A DNA stretch of 64,000 bases. Origin: Escherichia coli. Its GTDB lineage: Bacteria; Pseudomonadota; Gammaproteobacteria; Enterobacterales; Enterobacteriaceae. A program made the translations under genes and the position numbers. The stretch's first letter is position 1, and each line of letters starts with the position of its first letter. The stretch lies in NCBI RefSeq assembly GCF_017348835.2, contig NZ_CP071375.1; one strand, given 5' to 3'. Shown here in pieces: positions 51,722 through 60,330 of this stretch. The notes under the pieces were generated by a model that had not been told where the DNA came from, did no database searches, and saw only the letters and a program-made list of their open reading frames with translations.

Positions 51722-53965
51722 TCAGGCACTTTCGCGAATGGGTTCGATTTCATTCAGCGTATCAATTAACGGTTGCGGCTTACCAATAAGATAACCCTGC
51801 ATATAATCGATCCCCAAAGAGAGCACTGCCTCGCGGATCTCTTCGTTTTCAACGTACTCTGCCACTACCAGCATTTTCTTCATTCGCGCCAGGTGGCAAA
51901 TCGATGCCACTATCTGATAATCCAGACTATTTGACACAATATTGCGGATAAAACTGCCGTCAATTTTAAGCAGATCGGCATTCACATTTTTAAGCCGCGC
52001 ATAGCTGGCGTAGCCGGTGCCGAAATCATCAATCGCAATCTGGCAGCCTAATTCCTGAAGATGCTGCAAGGTGATTTGCGCCTGCTTAACATTGGTCAGA
52101 GCATTACTTTCGGTGACTTCAAAAATAAGTTGCCACGCTTCAATCTGATATTTAGCCAGCAACTGACTGACTTCAACAGGAAAACGAGCCTGACATACCG
52201 AGGTTGGAGACAGATTAATAGCAAAACGGTGAGCGGGCATCTTCGCTCTGTTTTCAGCCATAAATTGCAGCGTATGCTCAATGACCCACATGTCGATACT
52301 CGACGATAAACCAAATTCGTGCGCGACCGGCAAGAAGCTATCGGGGCTGATCAGTTCATCATTCTCACCTTTCATGCGCAGAAGAATTTCATGGTAAACA
52401 TCACCACGCATACCGGTAATTGGCTGGGCCATCAGGAAAAAATGGTTGTGTTCCAGCGCCTGCTGTAGTCGATTCATCATCGCGACTTTATCTTTCAATT
52501 CGCGTTGCAAATACATTGCCCCGCGACGCTGCATATTTTCCGGGGCGTTGGTCACGATGGAAAGTTCGGCGACCGTATTTAGCTCTCCCAGCAGCAGGTA
52601 GATATAATTCACTGGCGAGCGCACATAGCAGTAACTGACGCCAATCTGCGGTTGCATCGGCATGCCATCCCAAAAGAAACGAAATTGCTTGAGATGGCTA
52701 TCCAGTGCGGTAATGCGCTCCTGGTGCGATTCTGTATTCAGTCGCAGCGCGAGATCGTTACCCGAAAGCTGATAAACATCTTCACCCGGTTCCAGCAATG
52801 GTGACAGCCAGTGAGAAAGTTTTTGCTTGTATTGAATCCGCAGCATGATGCCATAGTTTTTAACCAGCATTTCCATGCCAGGGATGCGTAAATAACAAAG
52901 CGCAGACCAGGGGGCATCACGCAACGCGCGATTCAGGGCGCGAACATTTGGCAGATGAACCACCGGGTCCACATACGCAAGCCGCTGAATGCGTCTGACT
53001 ACCGTTCTCTGACGGGTTGCCAGTACAGCCATATAATTGACAATAAAAGAGAATACCAGATAACTGGAGGAGGTTATGGTCAGCTGCGTGGTATAGCCGG
53101 GATAAATGGGAATGTAATTTTGATAGCTGTGGATGCTGATCATCAACACGACCGCCCAGAGCAGTGAAATCAGCTTATAACCATAGCGCATCGCTCCCCA
53201 CATCATCAGGGGCAGCAATAATGACAAGGTATAATTGGTGCTAAAAATTGTGCTTTTTTCATTTAACGGCATGCATAACAGCAACAGTAAAGCACCTAAT
53301 GCCAGTAGCCAGAGTGCGAACTCTTTTTTGGTGACTTTGACATCAACCTGCTGTTTTAATTGCGAATAATAACTACGTAAATAAAACGGATTTCGAACTA
53401 CCCGAATGATGAAGTAGCACAGCGGGACACCAATCAGATTGCCCACCAGTAAGGCCTGATAATTGATTAAAGTCCCGAGGTTAAAAGGCATGACACCGAC
53501 CAGATTTTCTCTGCTCGCCAGTAATCCTACAAATGCAGCAAACTGGAAAAGTATCAGAAACAGCGTTGCAGGAAACACAATCTGCCAGAATATACGCTGG
53601 GAAATTAAACGGGTATCACCATGTGAAACGTTGTTACGCCGGGGAGTAAAGACCCTGTAACCGCCCCAACAGAGAATGATAATGATGATAAAATTAGCCG
53701 TTAATGAGAGCGTTTCGTAAAAACCCAGCTCTGCATATTTGCGGACAAAAATCCCTAAGGCGATCCCTGGCAATGCCGCCCAGCTGAAAAACATCATCAT
53801 GCTGATCATCAGTGCCAAAGGCAGATAAAAGAGAAAAACCTCACCGGAAGAAATATGCGCGAAAGTATTAATGTGGGCGAAAATAGGCAAGATTAAAGAA
53901 GGCAGGAACAGCGGAAGCCCCCACCATTTATCACGTATTTTTATATAAGTTGCATTCAGTTTCAT
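51722..53965 (-). CDS. pdeF: Membrane-anchored cyclic-di-GMP phosphodiesterase (degenerate GGDEF plus EAL domain) YfgF/PdeF
   Basis: 747-aa ORF with an N-terminal multi-TM region and a C-terminal EAL domain (EVTES ... DDFGTGYAS). Confidence 0.9.
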   Translation of the reverse strand: MKLNATYIKIRDKWWGLPLFLPSLILPIFAHINTFAHISSGEVFLFYLPLALMISMMMFFSWAALPGIALGIFVRKYAELGFYETLSLTANFIIIIILCWGGYRVFTPRRNNVSHGDTRLISQRIFWQIVFPATLFLILFQFAAFVGLLASRENLVGVMPFNLGTLINYQALLVGNLIGVPLCYFIIRVVRNPFYLRSYYSQLKQQVDVKVTKKEFALWLLALGALLLLLCMPLNEKSTIFSTNYTLSLLLPLMMWGAMRYGYKLISLLWAVVLMISIHSYQNYIPIYPGYTTQLTITSSSYLVFSFIVNYMAVLATRQRTVVRRIQRLAYVDPVVHLPNVRALNRALRDAPWSALCYLRIPGMEMLVKNYGIMLRIQYKQKLSHWLSPLLEPGEDVYQLSGNDLALRLNTESHQERITALDSHLKQFRFFWDGMPMQPQIGVSYCYVRSPVNYIYLLLGELNTVAELSIVTNAPENMQRRGAMYLQRELKDKVAMMNRLQQALEHNHFFLMAQPITGMRGDVYHEILLRMKGENDELISPDSFLPVAHEFGLSSSIDMWVIEHTLQFMAENRAKMPAHRFAINLSPTSVCQARFPVEVSQLLAKYQIEAWQLIFEVTESNALTNVKQAQITLQHLQELGCQIAIDDFGTGYASYARLKNVNADLLKIDGSFIRNIVSNSLDYQIVASICHLARMKKMLVVAEYVENEEIREAVLSLGIDYMQGYLIGKPQPLIDTLNEIEPIRESA

Positions 53966-54316
53966 AGATGCTCAGCAGAATCCCCCACATCCTGAAGGAG
54001 GTGTATTCAGACAGGCATCCCACCTGACTTCGAATGATGATTATTCATCACTATAGAGAGCATTGATTCTAAGTGTCATATGAAAGTTCCAATTGATATA
54101 TATCAAACAAAATAACCCTGATTAATGAATTATTACGTTTATCATGTTAATTCATCATTATTACATCATCATTGTAAATAATTAAATTAACTTCCATAAC
54201 ATTAAAATATGTATCCACTGACGCTTTTTTACATAACGAAGAATTGACCATTTTGTCCTGTTGTGCCTTAATGTAAGTACCGTCCACAGCGTGGGACATA
54301 CTTCAAGGAACCTTTT

Positions 54317-54508
54317 GTGAGTCAGGCAACCAGTATGCGAAAACGACACCGATTTAACAGTCGCATGACCCGTATCGTACTGCTCATCAGCTTTATCTTC
54401 TTCTTTGGCCGTTTTATCTACTCGTCCGTCGGTGCCTGGCAGCACCATCAGAGCAAAAAAGAAGCTCAGCAATCCACACTCTCCGTCGAATCACCGGTAC
54501 AACGTTAG
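54317..54508 (+). CDS. yfgG: Small protein YfgG
   Basis: 63-aa ORF with one hydrophobic segment, divergent from yfgF as in K-12; last backbone gene before the IS element. Confidence 0.7.
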   Translation: MSQATSMRKRHRFNSRMTRIVLLISFIFFFGRFIYSSVGAWQHHQSKKEAQQSTLSVESPVQR

Positions 54509-54601
54509 CGGTTACCTTCTCCACTTTCACAGAACATAACGGCACTTTGAACCGCCCCGGAAATCCTGGAGACTAAACTCCCTGAGAAAGAGGTAAACAG
54601 G

Positions 54602-54928
54602 ATGACTAAAAATACTCGTTTTTCCCCCGAAGTCCGTCAGCGGGCGATTCGTATGGTTCTGGAAAGTCAGGATGAATATGACTCACAGTGGGCGGCAATT
54701 TGTTCCATTGCCCCAAAGATTGGCTGTACGCCGGAGACTCTGCGTGTCTGGGTTCGCCAGCATGAGCGGGATACCGGGAGTGGTGATGGTGGACTCACCA
54801 CCGCTGAACGTCAGCGTCTGAAAGAGCTGGAACGTGAAAATCGTGAACTGCGCCGCAGTAACGATATCCTTCGCCAGGCTTCCGCTTATTTTGCGAAGGC
54901 GGAGTTCGACCGCCTCTGGAAAAAATAA
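54602..54928 (+). CDS. IS3-family transposase OrfA (HTH DNA-binding part)
   Basis: 108-aa [33 protein letters not shown]... with a leucine-zipper-like C-terminus; A-rich slippery run (ggaaaaaataatg) at its 3' end. Confidence 0.85.
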   Translation: MTKNTRFSPEVRQRAIRMVLESQDEYDSQWAAICSIAPKIGCTPETLRVWVRQHERDTGSGDGGLTTAERQRLKELERENRELRRSNDILRQASAYFAKAEFDRLWKK

Positions 54929-55815
54929 TGCCACTGCTGGATAAGCTGCGTGAGCAGTACGGGGTCGGACCGGTATGCAGCGAACTGCATATTGCCCCGT
55001 CAACGTATTACCATTGTCAGCAACAGCGACATCATCCGGATAAACGCAGTGCCCGTGCGCAGCACGATGACTGGCTGAAGAAAGAGATACAGCGCGTATA
55101 CGATGAAAATCACCAGGTATACGGTGTGCGTAAAGTCTGGCGTCAGTTGTTACGGGAAGGTATCAGAGTGGCCAGATGCACTGTGGCACGTCTCATGGCA
55201 GTTATGGGACTTGCCGGTGTTCTCCGGGGTAAAAAGGTCCGCACTACCGTCAGCCGGAAAGCCGTTGCCGCATGCGACCGCGTAAACCGTCAGTTCGTGG
55301 CAGAACGTCCAGACCAGTTGTGGGTGGCTGATTTTACCTGGGTAAGCACATGGCAGGGCTTCGTTTATGTGGCGTTCATCATTGATGTGTTCGCCGGATA
55401 CATCGTGGGATGGCAGGTCTCATCATCCATGGAAACAACATTCGTGCTGGATGCACTGGAGCAGGCGTTGTGGGCCCGTCGGCCGTCCGGCACAATCCAT
55501 CACAGTGATAAAGGTTCTCAGTATGTATCGCTGGCCTACACGCAGCGGCTTAAGGAAGCCGGATTACTGGCATCAACAGGGAGTACTGGCGACTCGTATG
55601 ACAACGCGATGGCTGAGAGCATCAATGGTCTTTACAAAGCGGAGGTAATACACCGTAAGAGCTGGAAAAACCGGACAGAAGTGGAACTGGCCACACTAAC
55701 GTGGGTGGACTGGTATAACAATCGACGATTGCTGGAAAGGCTGGGCCATATTCCTCCGGCAGAAGCAGAAAAAGCTTATTATGCTTCCATCGGAAATAAT
55801 GATCTGGCAGCCTGA
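54928..55815 (+). CDS. IS3-family transposase OrfB (DDE integrase catalytic domain)
   Basis: 295-aa ORF in the -1 frame relative to OrfA; rve/DDE core recognisable (WVADFTWVST ... DKGSQYVS ... DNAMAES). Confidence 0.85.
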   Translation: MPLLDKLREQYGVGPVCSELHIAPSTYYHCQQQRHHPDKRSARAQHDDWLKKEIQRVYDENHQVYGVRKVWRQLLREGIRVARCTVARLMAVMGLAGVLRGKKVRTTVSRKAVAACDRVNRQFVAERPDQLWVADFTWVSTWQGFVYVAFIIDVFAGYIVGWQVSSSMETTFVLDALEQALWARRPSGTIHHSDKGSQYVSLAYTQRLKEAGLLASTGSTGDSYDNAMAESINGLYKAEVIHRKSWKNRTEVELATLTWVDWYNNRRLLERLGHIPPAEAEKAYYASIGNNDLAA

Positions 55816-56045
55816 GTTCACAGATAAAACACTCTCCAGGAAACCCGGGGCGGTTCAAACTCGTACAGTGGCGTACCACTGGGGTCCATTCCTTCAAGTC
55901 TCAGGGAAGCCTCTGCTTTGCGGAAGCCCTCAATGCGTAACCGTGTATAGGGAGTCCTAGACATGTTTTTCCTTTGAGTTGCAGGAGTGAGGTTCGCTCA
56001 GTGAAAGCGTCAGCTCACGCAACCTCGTTAACTGACGCGCGTGAT

Positions 56046-57446
56046 TCAAGATTTATTATTACCCGATAAGCTATCACCGGCAAAATCATCATGTTCGCGG
56101 TTATCCCGACGAGTAGCTGTTTGTTTACTTATCTGAGTCGCCAACTCCTCTCCAATAGTTTGTTGGGCACGAGAAGAACTGCTACTTCGCTTCATTCTCT
56201 GGTACTCAGCAGCTCCGTTAGCCATGCTGCTTCCCATATGGCTTGCCATGCGGCCAGCACGCGAGAATGAAGCAAACCCCTGACTTCCTCCACTGGCGCT
56301 ACCTGAACTGCTCCCTGCAGACGAACCACTGTAACCGCCTGAGGTTTGGCCTCCAGAAGTATCTACAGAACCGGTATCTTCCCCGCCGCCAAATCCTCCA
56401 CCGGAACCGCCTCCGCTGCCTGAACCAGATTCTTCGTCCATGGCAGCTTGCGCAGACTCGAATGCTGCCTTTAATGCTGAAGCTCCGCCGCTGACTTGAG
56501 CTGATGCCCCCATTGCCATTGCTCCAGCACCGCTGATGGCAGTAGCGGCTGCGCCGGTAATCATACCCGCCCCAAATCCACCAATCCCTTGTAAAGAAGC
56601 CCCTCCTACAACACCTGATAACAACAGTGGTAGCTTATTAGTTAATACTAACAGGATAATTGACGCCAGAAGCAAAACTATAAGACTATTAAGATCAGGA
56701 ACATCATCTTTAATAAGAGAAAAATATTGATCTATAAATGATTGTCCAATCCCAATAATTAATGTCATCGTGAATAATTGAATGCCAATCGATAAAACAG
56801 TTCGTAAGTAATTAATTGCTATATCAGAGGTCCATTTCGAACCACCAAACCCAAGCAATATAACTCCTGCATAACATAACACCCATGCAGAAACCAACAT
56901 GATTAGCATATTTATCGCTATAAGGGACATCACTACCAAAACGATTATCGCGACTGTTATCATAATGGTGGATATCATTGGCGACCAAATTGATGCGGCT
57001 GAACTGATCTTGGTTAATATCGCAAACGCCATATCAACTATGCTTGAGGGAGAAATACCAATACTTATTTCTAAAGCGTTTGCTGCAAGTTGTCTCATTG
57101 AATTAATTATGGATTGCGATATGGATGGACCGTTGATTAAAAGATAATAAAAAAAACCAATGACGGCAAAAAAGCGAACTATTTCAGCAAGTACCCCTGT
57201 CAACCCTTCCCCTTGCATCGCCATCATACCAAATGTCCAAACCATACTTATTAATACCAGCCCCCAGAAGAGCCAATTTGCATAGTCAGCAATTACTGCT
57301 GTCCATGTACTGGCTACTTGTTGAAACTTATCTAATAAAGTATCAAGTAGCCCGCTACTATCTAATTGACCAGCATAGGCATTAATAGAAAAGAAAAGTA
57401 TGATACCTAAAAAGGTGAGCTTACTTACTATTTTCATGATTACCAT
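56046..57446 (-). CDS. trbL: TrbL/VirB6-family conjugative transfer membrane protein
   Basis: 466-aa ORF with signal peptide, several TM helices and a long Gly/Ser-rich hydrophilic C-terminal tail, the TrbL/VirB6 architecture; synteny with trbJ and a small lipoprotein gene upstream. Confidence 0.65.
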   Translation of the reverse strand: MVIMKIVSKLTFLGIILFFSINAYAGQLDSSGLLDTLLDKFQQVASTWTAVIADYANWLFWGLVLISMVWTFGMMAMQGEGLTGVLAEIVRFFAVIGFFYYLLINGPSISQSIINSMRQLAANALEISIGISPSSIVDMAFAILTKISSAASIWSPMISTIMITVAIIVLVVMSLIAINMLIMLVSAWVLCYAGVILLGFGGSKWTSDIAINYLRTVLSIGIQLFTMTLIIGIGQSFIDQYFSLIKDDVPDLNSLIVLLLASIILLVLTNKLPLLLSGVVGGASLQGIGGFGAGMITGAAATAISGAGAMAMGASAQVSGGASALKAAFESAQAAMDEESGSGSGGGSGGGFGGGEDTGSVDTSGGQTSGGYSGSSAGSSSGSASGGSQGFASFSRAGRMASHMGSSMANGAAEYQRMKRSSSSSRAQQTIGEELATQISKQTATRRDNREHDDFAGDSLSGNNKS

Positions 57447-57631
57447 TCTCGTTTAGGGCTTGGTTTATTATTACTCCGTAGAGCACATTTATCGTATTTA
57501 TGTTCATCAAATTTATTATCTGGCATCGATAAACAATCTTTATCATTTTTATCGCAAGAACATATGGCCAATAAACTGATCAGAATAAATACAATCAAAA
57601 AATTATCTTTCATTCTGCGTTTCCTCACCAA
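57440..57631 (-). CDS. Small lipoprotein in the TrbK (IncP entry-exclusion) position
   Basis: 63-aa ORF with a hydrophobic leader and Cys-containing lipobox-like motif (LLAICSCDK); overlaps the trbJ stop and trbL start, as trbJ-trbK-trbL does in IncP plasmids. Confidence 0.45.
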   Translation of the reverse strand: MVRKRRMKDNFLIVFILISLLAICSCDKNDKDCLSMPDNKFDEHKYDKCALRSNNKPSPKREW

Positions 57632-58419
57632 ATTCGCTTCGGGCTTGGTGTATTCTCTCCAGCTAACGCTTTTTCATCAGCGGCTATCTGTTGTGATTCT
57701 TTATCTGCCTGAGCCTGTGCCAGTGTTGCTGCAGCGTTTTGTTGGGCTACCAGAAGTGAGCGGATTTGCAGTAACTGATTTGTCTGTGCACTGGCAAGCT
57801 GGTTTGCCGCCTGAATAGCTTCCATTTGCCCTTGTGCGCCGCTTGCCTGAGTTTGTAATTCGGCAAGATTATCAGCATCGCTCTGCAGGGTGTTCTGCTG
57901 CTCGTCAATTACCTTAAATACTGCGTCATTGGCCTTTTTACGCGCCCCTGAGCTATTCTGTTCAGCTTCACGCAGTGCACTAATTTCAGACGCGGTACAT
58001 TCAACATTGCTGTTAAAGCAAGACGATGTCCTGTAGTAGTTAACATCCTGATAGCGTTTCAGGTACGCATCGAGACTCCCGGCCTGATTCTTGTAGTAAT
58101 TAAGGGTATCCTGCACCTGCAACAATTTATTAATTGTTGAATTTGCCTGGTCCCAGATATAGGCCGCAGGAGCTACGGTGTTCTGCAGCATGTTTTCATA
58201 CTGCTGCAGCTGCGTCTGGTACTGCTGGATTTGTTTAGTCACAGCCTGAACGTTGTTAACTGCGCTGATTGTGGTCTGAACCACATTAGTGCCATCAATA
58301 ACGGGAATTCCGGCCTTCACCGGTAATGCCATGACGGACGCCACGAAAGGAACTATTAAAGCTTTTTTAGCGGCTAAAATCCCTCTTTGTGATGAAACCA
58401 CTCGGAACTTTAAATTCAT
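57625..58419 (-). CDS. trbJ: TrbJ/VirB5-family conjugative transfer protein
   Basis: 264-aa ORF with signal peptide and Gln/Ala-rich coiled-coil stretches typical of TrbJ/VirB5 minor pilus/adhesin proteins. Confidence 0.6.
   Translation of the reverse strand: MNLKFRVVSSQRGILAAKKALIVPFVASVMALPVKAGIPVIDGTNVVQTTISAVNNVQAVTKQIQQYQTQLQQYENMLQNTVAPAAYIWDQANSTINKLLQVQDTLNYYKNQAGSLDAYLKRYQDVNYYRTSSCFNSNVECTASEISALREAEQNSSGARKKANDAVFKVIDEQQNTLQSDADNLAELQTQASGAQGQMEAIQAANQLASAQTNQLLQIRSLLVAQQNAAATLAQAQADKESQQIAADEKALAGENTPSPKRIW
58365..58379. promoter_or_regulatory. KorB-operator-like palindrome TTTTAGCGGCTAAAA (copy 1, inside the 5' end of trbJ)
   Basis: Perfect inverted repeat containing TTTAGCGGCTAAA, identical to the IncP-1 KorB operator consensus TTTAGC(G/C)GCTAAA. 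Confidence 0.6.
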
Positions 58420-58499
58420 TTGCTCACCTCTTTTTCAACAGATTAGTAATATTTAACACTCTGTCTGTTAACAGACGCAGGTATATAGGAAACCACACA

Positions 58500-58865
58500 T
58501 TATTTATCCAAGATTTTATCCATAATGTTCCTTAGTTCTTGCCGAGTTGATTCTATTTTCGCAAGCAAGGTTCTTATCAGTGTGGGTGAAAAATCAACTG
58601 TTCGAGGATCATTTGCGAGCCATAATTTAAGTAATCCGCCAAGTCTTCCAAGATCAGCATTTACTCGGCTAAGTTCATTAACCTGTTTTATATCTACGAT
58701 AGAATCAACCTGATAACCCATTGCAACTCTACGAACAAAACAGGCAACACTTAATCCAGATGCTTCTGCATTTTCTTGGATGAGAATTTTTTCTTCGGGT
58801 AAACAATAAACTTTTATTGGCGTACTATTTTTTCTAGTCTGAGTAACTTTCATATAGCTCTCCAT
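58500..58865 (-). CDS. MobC-family relaxosome accessory protein (ribbon-helix-helix)
   Basis: 121-aa ORF; VYCLPEEKILIQENAEASGLSVACFVRRVAMG ... LSRVNADLGRLGGLLKLW fits the MobC-family pattern; lies directly beside a candidate oriT region. Confidence 0.55.
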   Translation of the reverse strand: MESYMKVTQTRKNSTPIKVYCLPEEKILIQENAEASGLSVACFVRRVAMGYQVDSIVDIKQVNELSRVNADLGRLGGLLKLWLANDPRTVDFSPTLIRTLLAKIESTRQELRNIMDKILDK

Positions 58866-58939
58866 ACAGGCGGTAGCCTGGCAGCCTCGCAGAGCAGGAC
58901 GCCCTTGAGCCGCGATGCGGCGAATAGGGAGTGGTAAAG

Positions 58940-58995
58940 TTGGAACACCGTAGCGGTGGGCCCACTTTACATGTCCTGCCCTGCAGTTGCCGTTG
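58940..58995. promoter_or_regulatory. Candidate origin of transfer (oriT-like region)
   Basis: 10-bp perfect palindrome GTGGGCCCAC (58956-58965) immediately followed by CTTTACATGTCCTGCCCTGCAG, which resembles my recollection of the IncP nic region (core TCCTGCCC); adjacent to the MobC-like gene. Confidence 0.35.
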
Positions 58996-59252
58996 TATAT
59001 CTGTGCACGACAATGTGTATTTCAGTGTACAGGATGTGTTTTCTTAGCGTATTAATATAGGATTACTGGAGTAAATTTCTGCAGCAAATGTGTTTTTTGC
59101 AAGGAAACTATATTTCTCCCTTTTGAAAATGACCTTTAGTAGTTATAAATGGACGTCCACCAACTGTATTTATGTTTCGATATATTGTAAGAAGTCTTTC
59201 ATTTTCCGATGCACTTTTTTACTTACCTTGTCAGAGCATGTGCATTGCAGAT

Positions 59253-59265
59253 TTTAGCGGCTAAA
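59253..59265. promoter_or_regulatory. KorB-operator-like palindrome (copy 2)
   Basis: aTTTTAGCGGCTAAAATc; exact match to the IncP-1 KorB operator core, in the 675-bp intergenic region. Confidence 0.6.
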
Positions 59266-59501
59266 ATCTGCCTCCCTATGCCTAAAGCTAGGGGCGTACC
59301 TCATATGTCATAAAATCTACCTCAAGTGTCAATATACCAAACGTGTAAGTAATCTCTTCTTCTGGCGTACAACCATCGGTCTTTGGCCGATTCTAGATTT
59401 GAAAGCGCCTGCTCAGGCAGGTGATTTCAAAGCCTGAATATACTGGTTGATCCTGAATAACCTGCAAAGGAGTTAAAAAATCAGGCCTCTGTAGCACACT
59501 G

Positions 59502-59562
59502 GCGGGCCGTTACAGCACATCACCGGGCCGTAACGACACGTTACCGGGCCGTTGTAGCTCGT
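59502..59562. repeat. Three direct iteron-like repeats with 21-bp periodicity
   Basis: CGGGCCGT recurs at 59503, 59524 and 59545 with similar flanks (..TACAGCACAT / ..AACGACACGT / ..TGTAGCTCG); the third overlaps the stop codon of the putative initiator gene. Confidence 0.5.
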
Positions 59563-60314
59563 TTTATCCTAGAATTTTGTATCTCAATGCCAATCGCTAG
59601 AAATTGTTTGCTATCTTCTTTTAATCTCCGCCGATAGTTACGTAATGTCATATTATTGGTACCTTCACCACTGACAGCTAAAATTAATGTATCAATATGC
59701 CAGCCGCCTTTAGGATCGTGCTTATGTGTTAATATATGACGTGCAACTGCTTGGCTAATACCATGCTGGAGACGAGCAATAGGACCTGGATCATGATGAA
59801 AATGCAAATCTCGCTTCAACAACATTACCAATGCAACACCCAAGCGTACTCTCCATAGGTTACGTTCACCACCAGTTAGAGGATTACGCCTAGTCATTGG
59901 TGAGGGTACGACATGGTCAATTAAACCGCCTAGAATGCAATAACCGTTTTTTTCTAAATCTGGCGTTACTATTTCAACAGTTGCCACACGTAGATCAACG
60001 AGTAGTTTTTTAATTCGATCATAACTGTATTGTGCATCGGATAGAGTTCGGCGTACTTTCGCTGGATCTACTAATAACTCGATTCCTCCATCAGAAATTT
60101 CTCGACGTTTCTCGGCCACATAGAGCATTGTTTCCACAATATCCGCATGACGTTGTCCTAGTCTTCCGGTAACTCGACAACGACCAAAACTAGTCTCCAT
60201 CCACTGCCCCTTCAGCGCCAAGGGACGTTGACTTGGTTGGTACAGAATGACTCTAGCCTGCAGAGCTGTGCTAGTAGGTGTAACTTTATTACCAGTTATC
60301 ATTTTCTGCACCAC
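59541..60314 (-). CDS. Hypothetical protein, possible replication initiator (RepC-like by position)
   Basis: 257-aa basic protein directly downstream of the RepA-like helicase gene and ending in the iteron-like repeats; assignment rests on gene order, not on recognised motifs. Confidence 0.35.
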   Translation of the reverse strand: MVQKMITGNKVTPTSTALQARVILYQPSQRPLALKGQWMETSFGRCRVTGRLGQRHADIVETMLYVAEKRREISDGGIELLVDPAKVRRTLSDAQYSYDRIKKLLVDLRVATVEIVTPDLEKNGYCILGGLIDHVVPSPMTRRNPLTGGERNLWRVRLGVALVMLLKRDLHFHHDPGPIARLQHGISQAVARHILTHKHDPKGGWHIDTLILAVSGEGTNNMTLRNYRRRLKEDSKQFLAIGIEIQNSRIKRATTAR

Positions 60315-60330
60315 TCAATGAAGACATACA

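Larger units (their letters stand above)
54548..55857 (+). mobile_element. IS3-family insertion sequence (IS629-like), about 1310 bp
   Basis: Terminal inverted repeats TGAACCGCCCCGG (54548...) and CCGGGGCGGTTCA (...55857); two overlapping transposase ORFs with a programmed -1 frameshift arrangement. Confidence 0.85.

Noticed and set aside
55622-55897. 91-aa minus-strand ORF spanning the right end of the IS element
   Set aside because: It crosses the IS inverted repeat and is antisense to the transposase OrfB; no support as a gene.
56046-56450. Gly/Ser-rich repeat region at the 3' end of the TrbL-like gene, considered as a separate low-complexity or repeat-protein gene
   Set aside because: It is in frame and continuous with the membrane domain; Gly-rich C-terminal tails are a normal feature of TrbL/VirB6 proteins.
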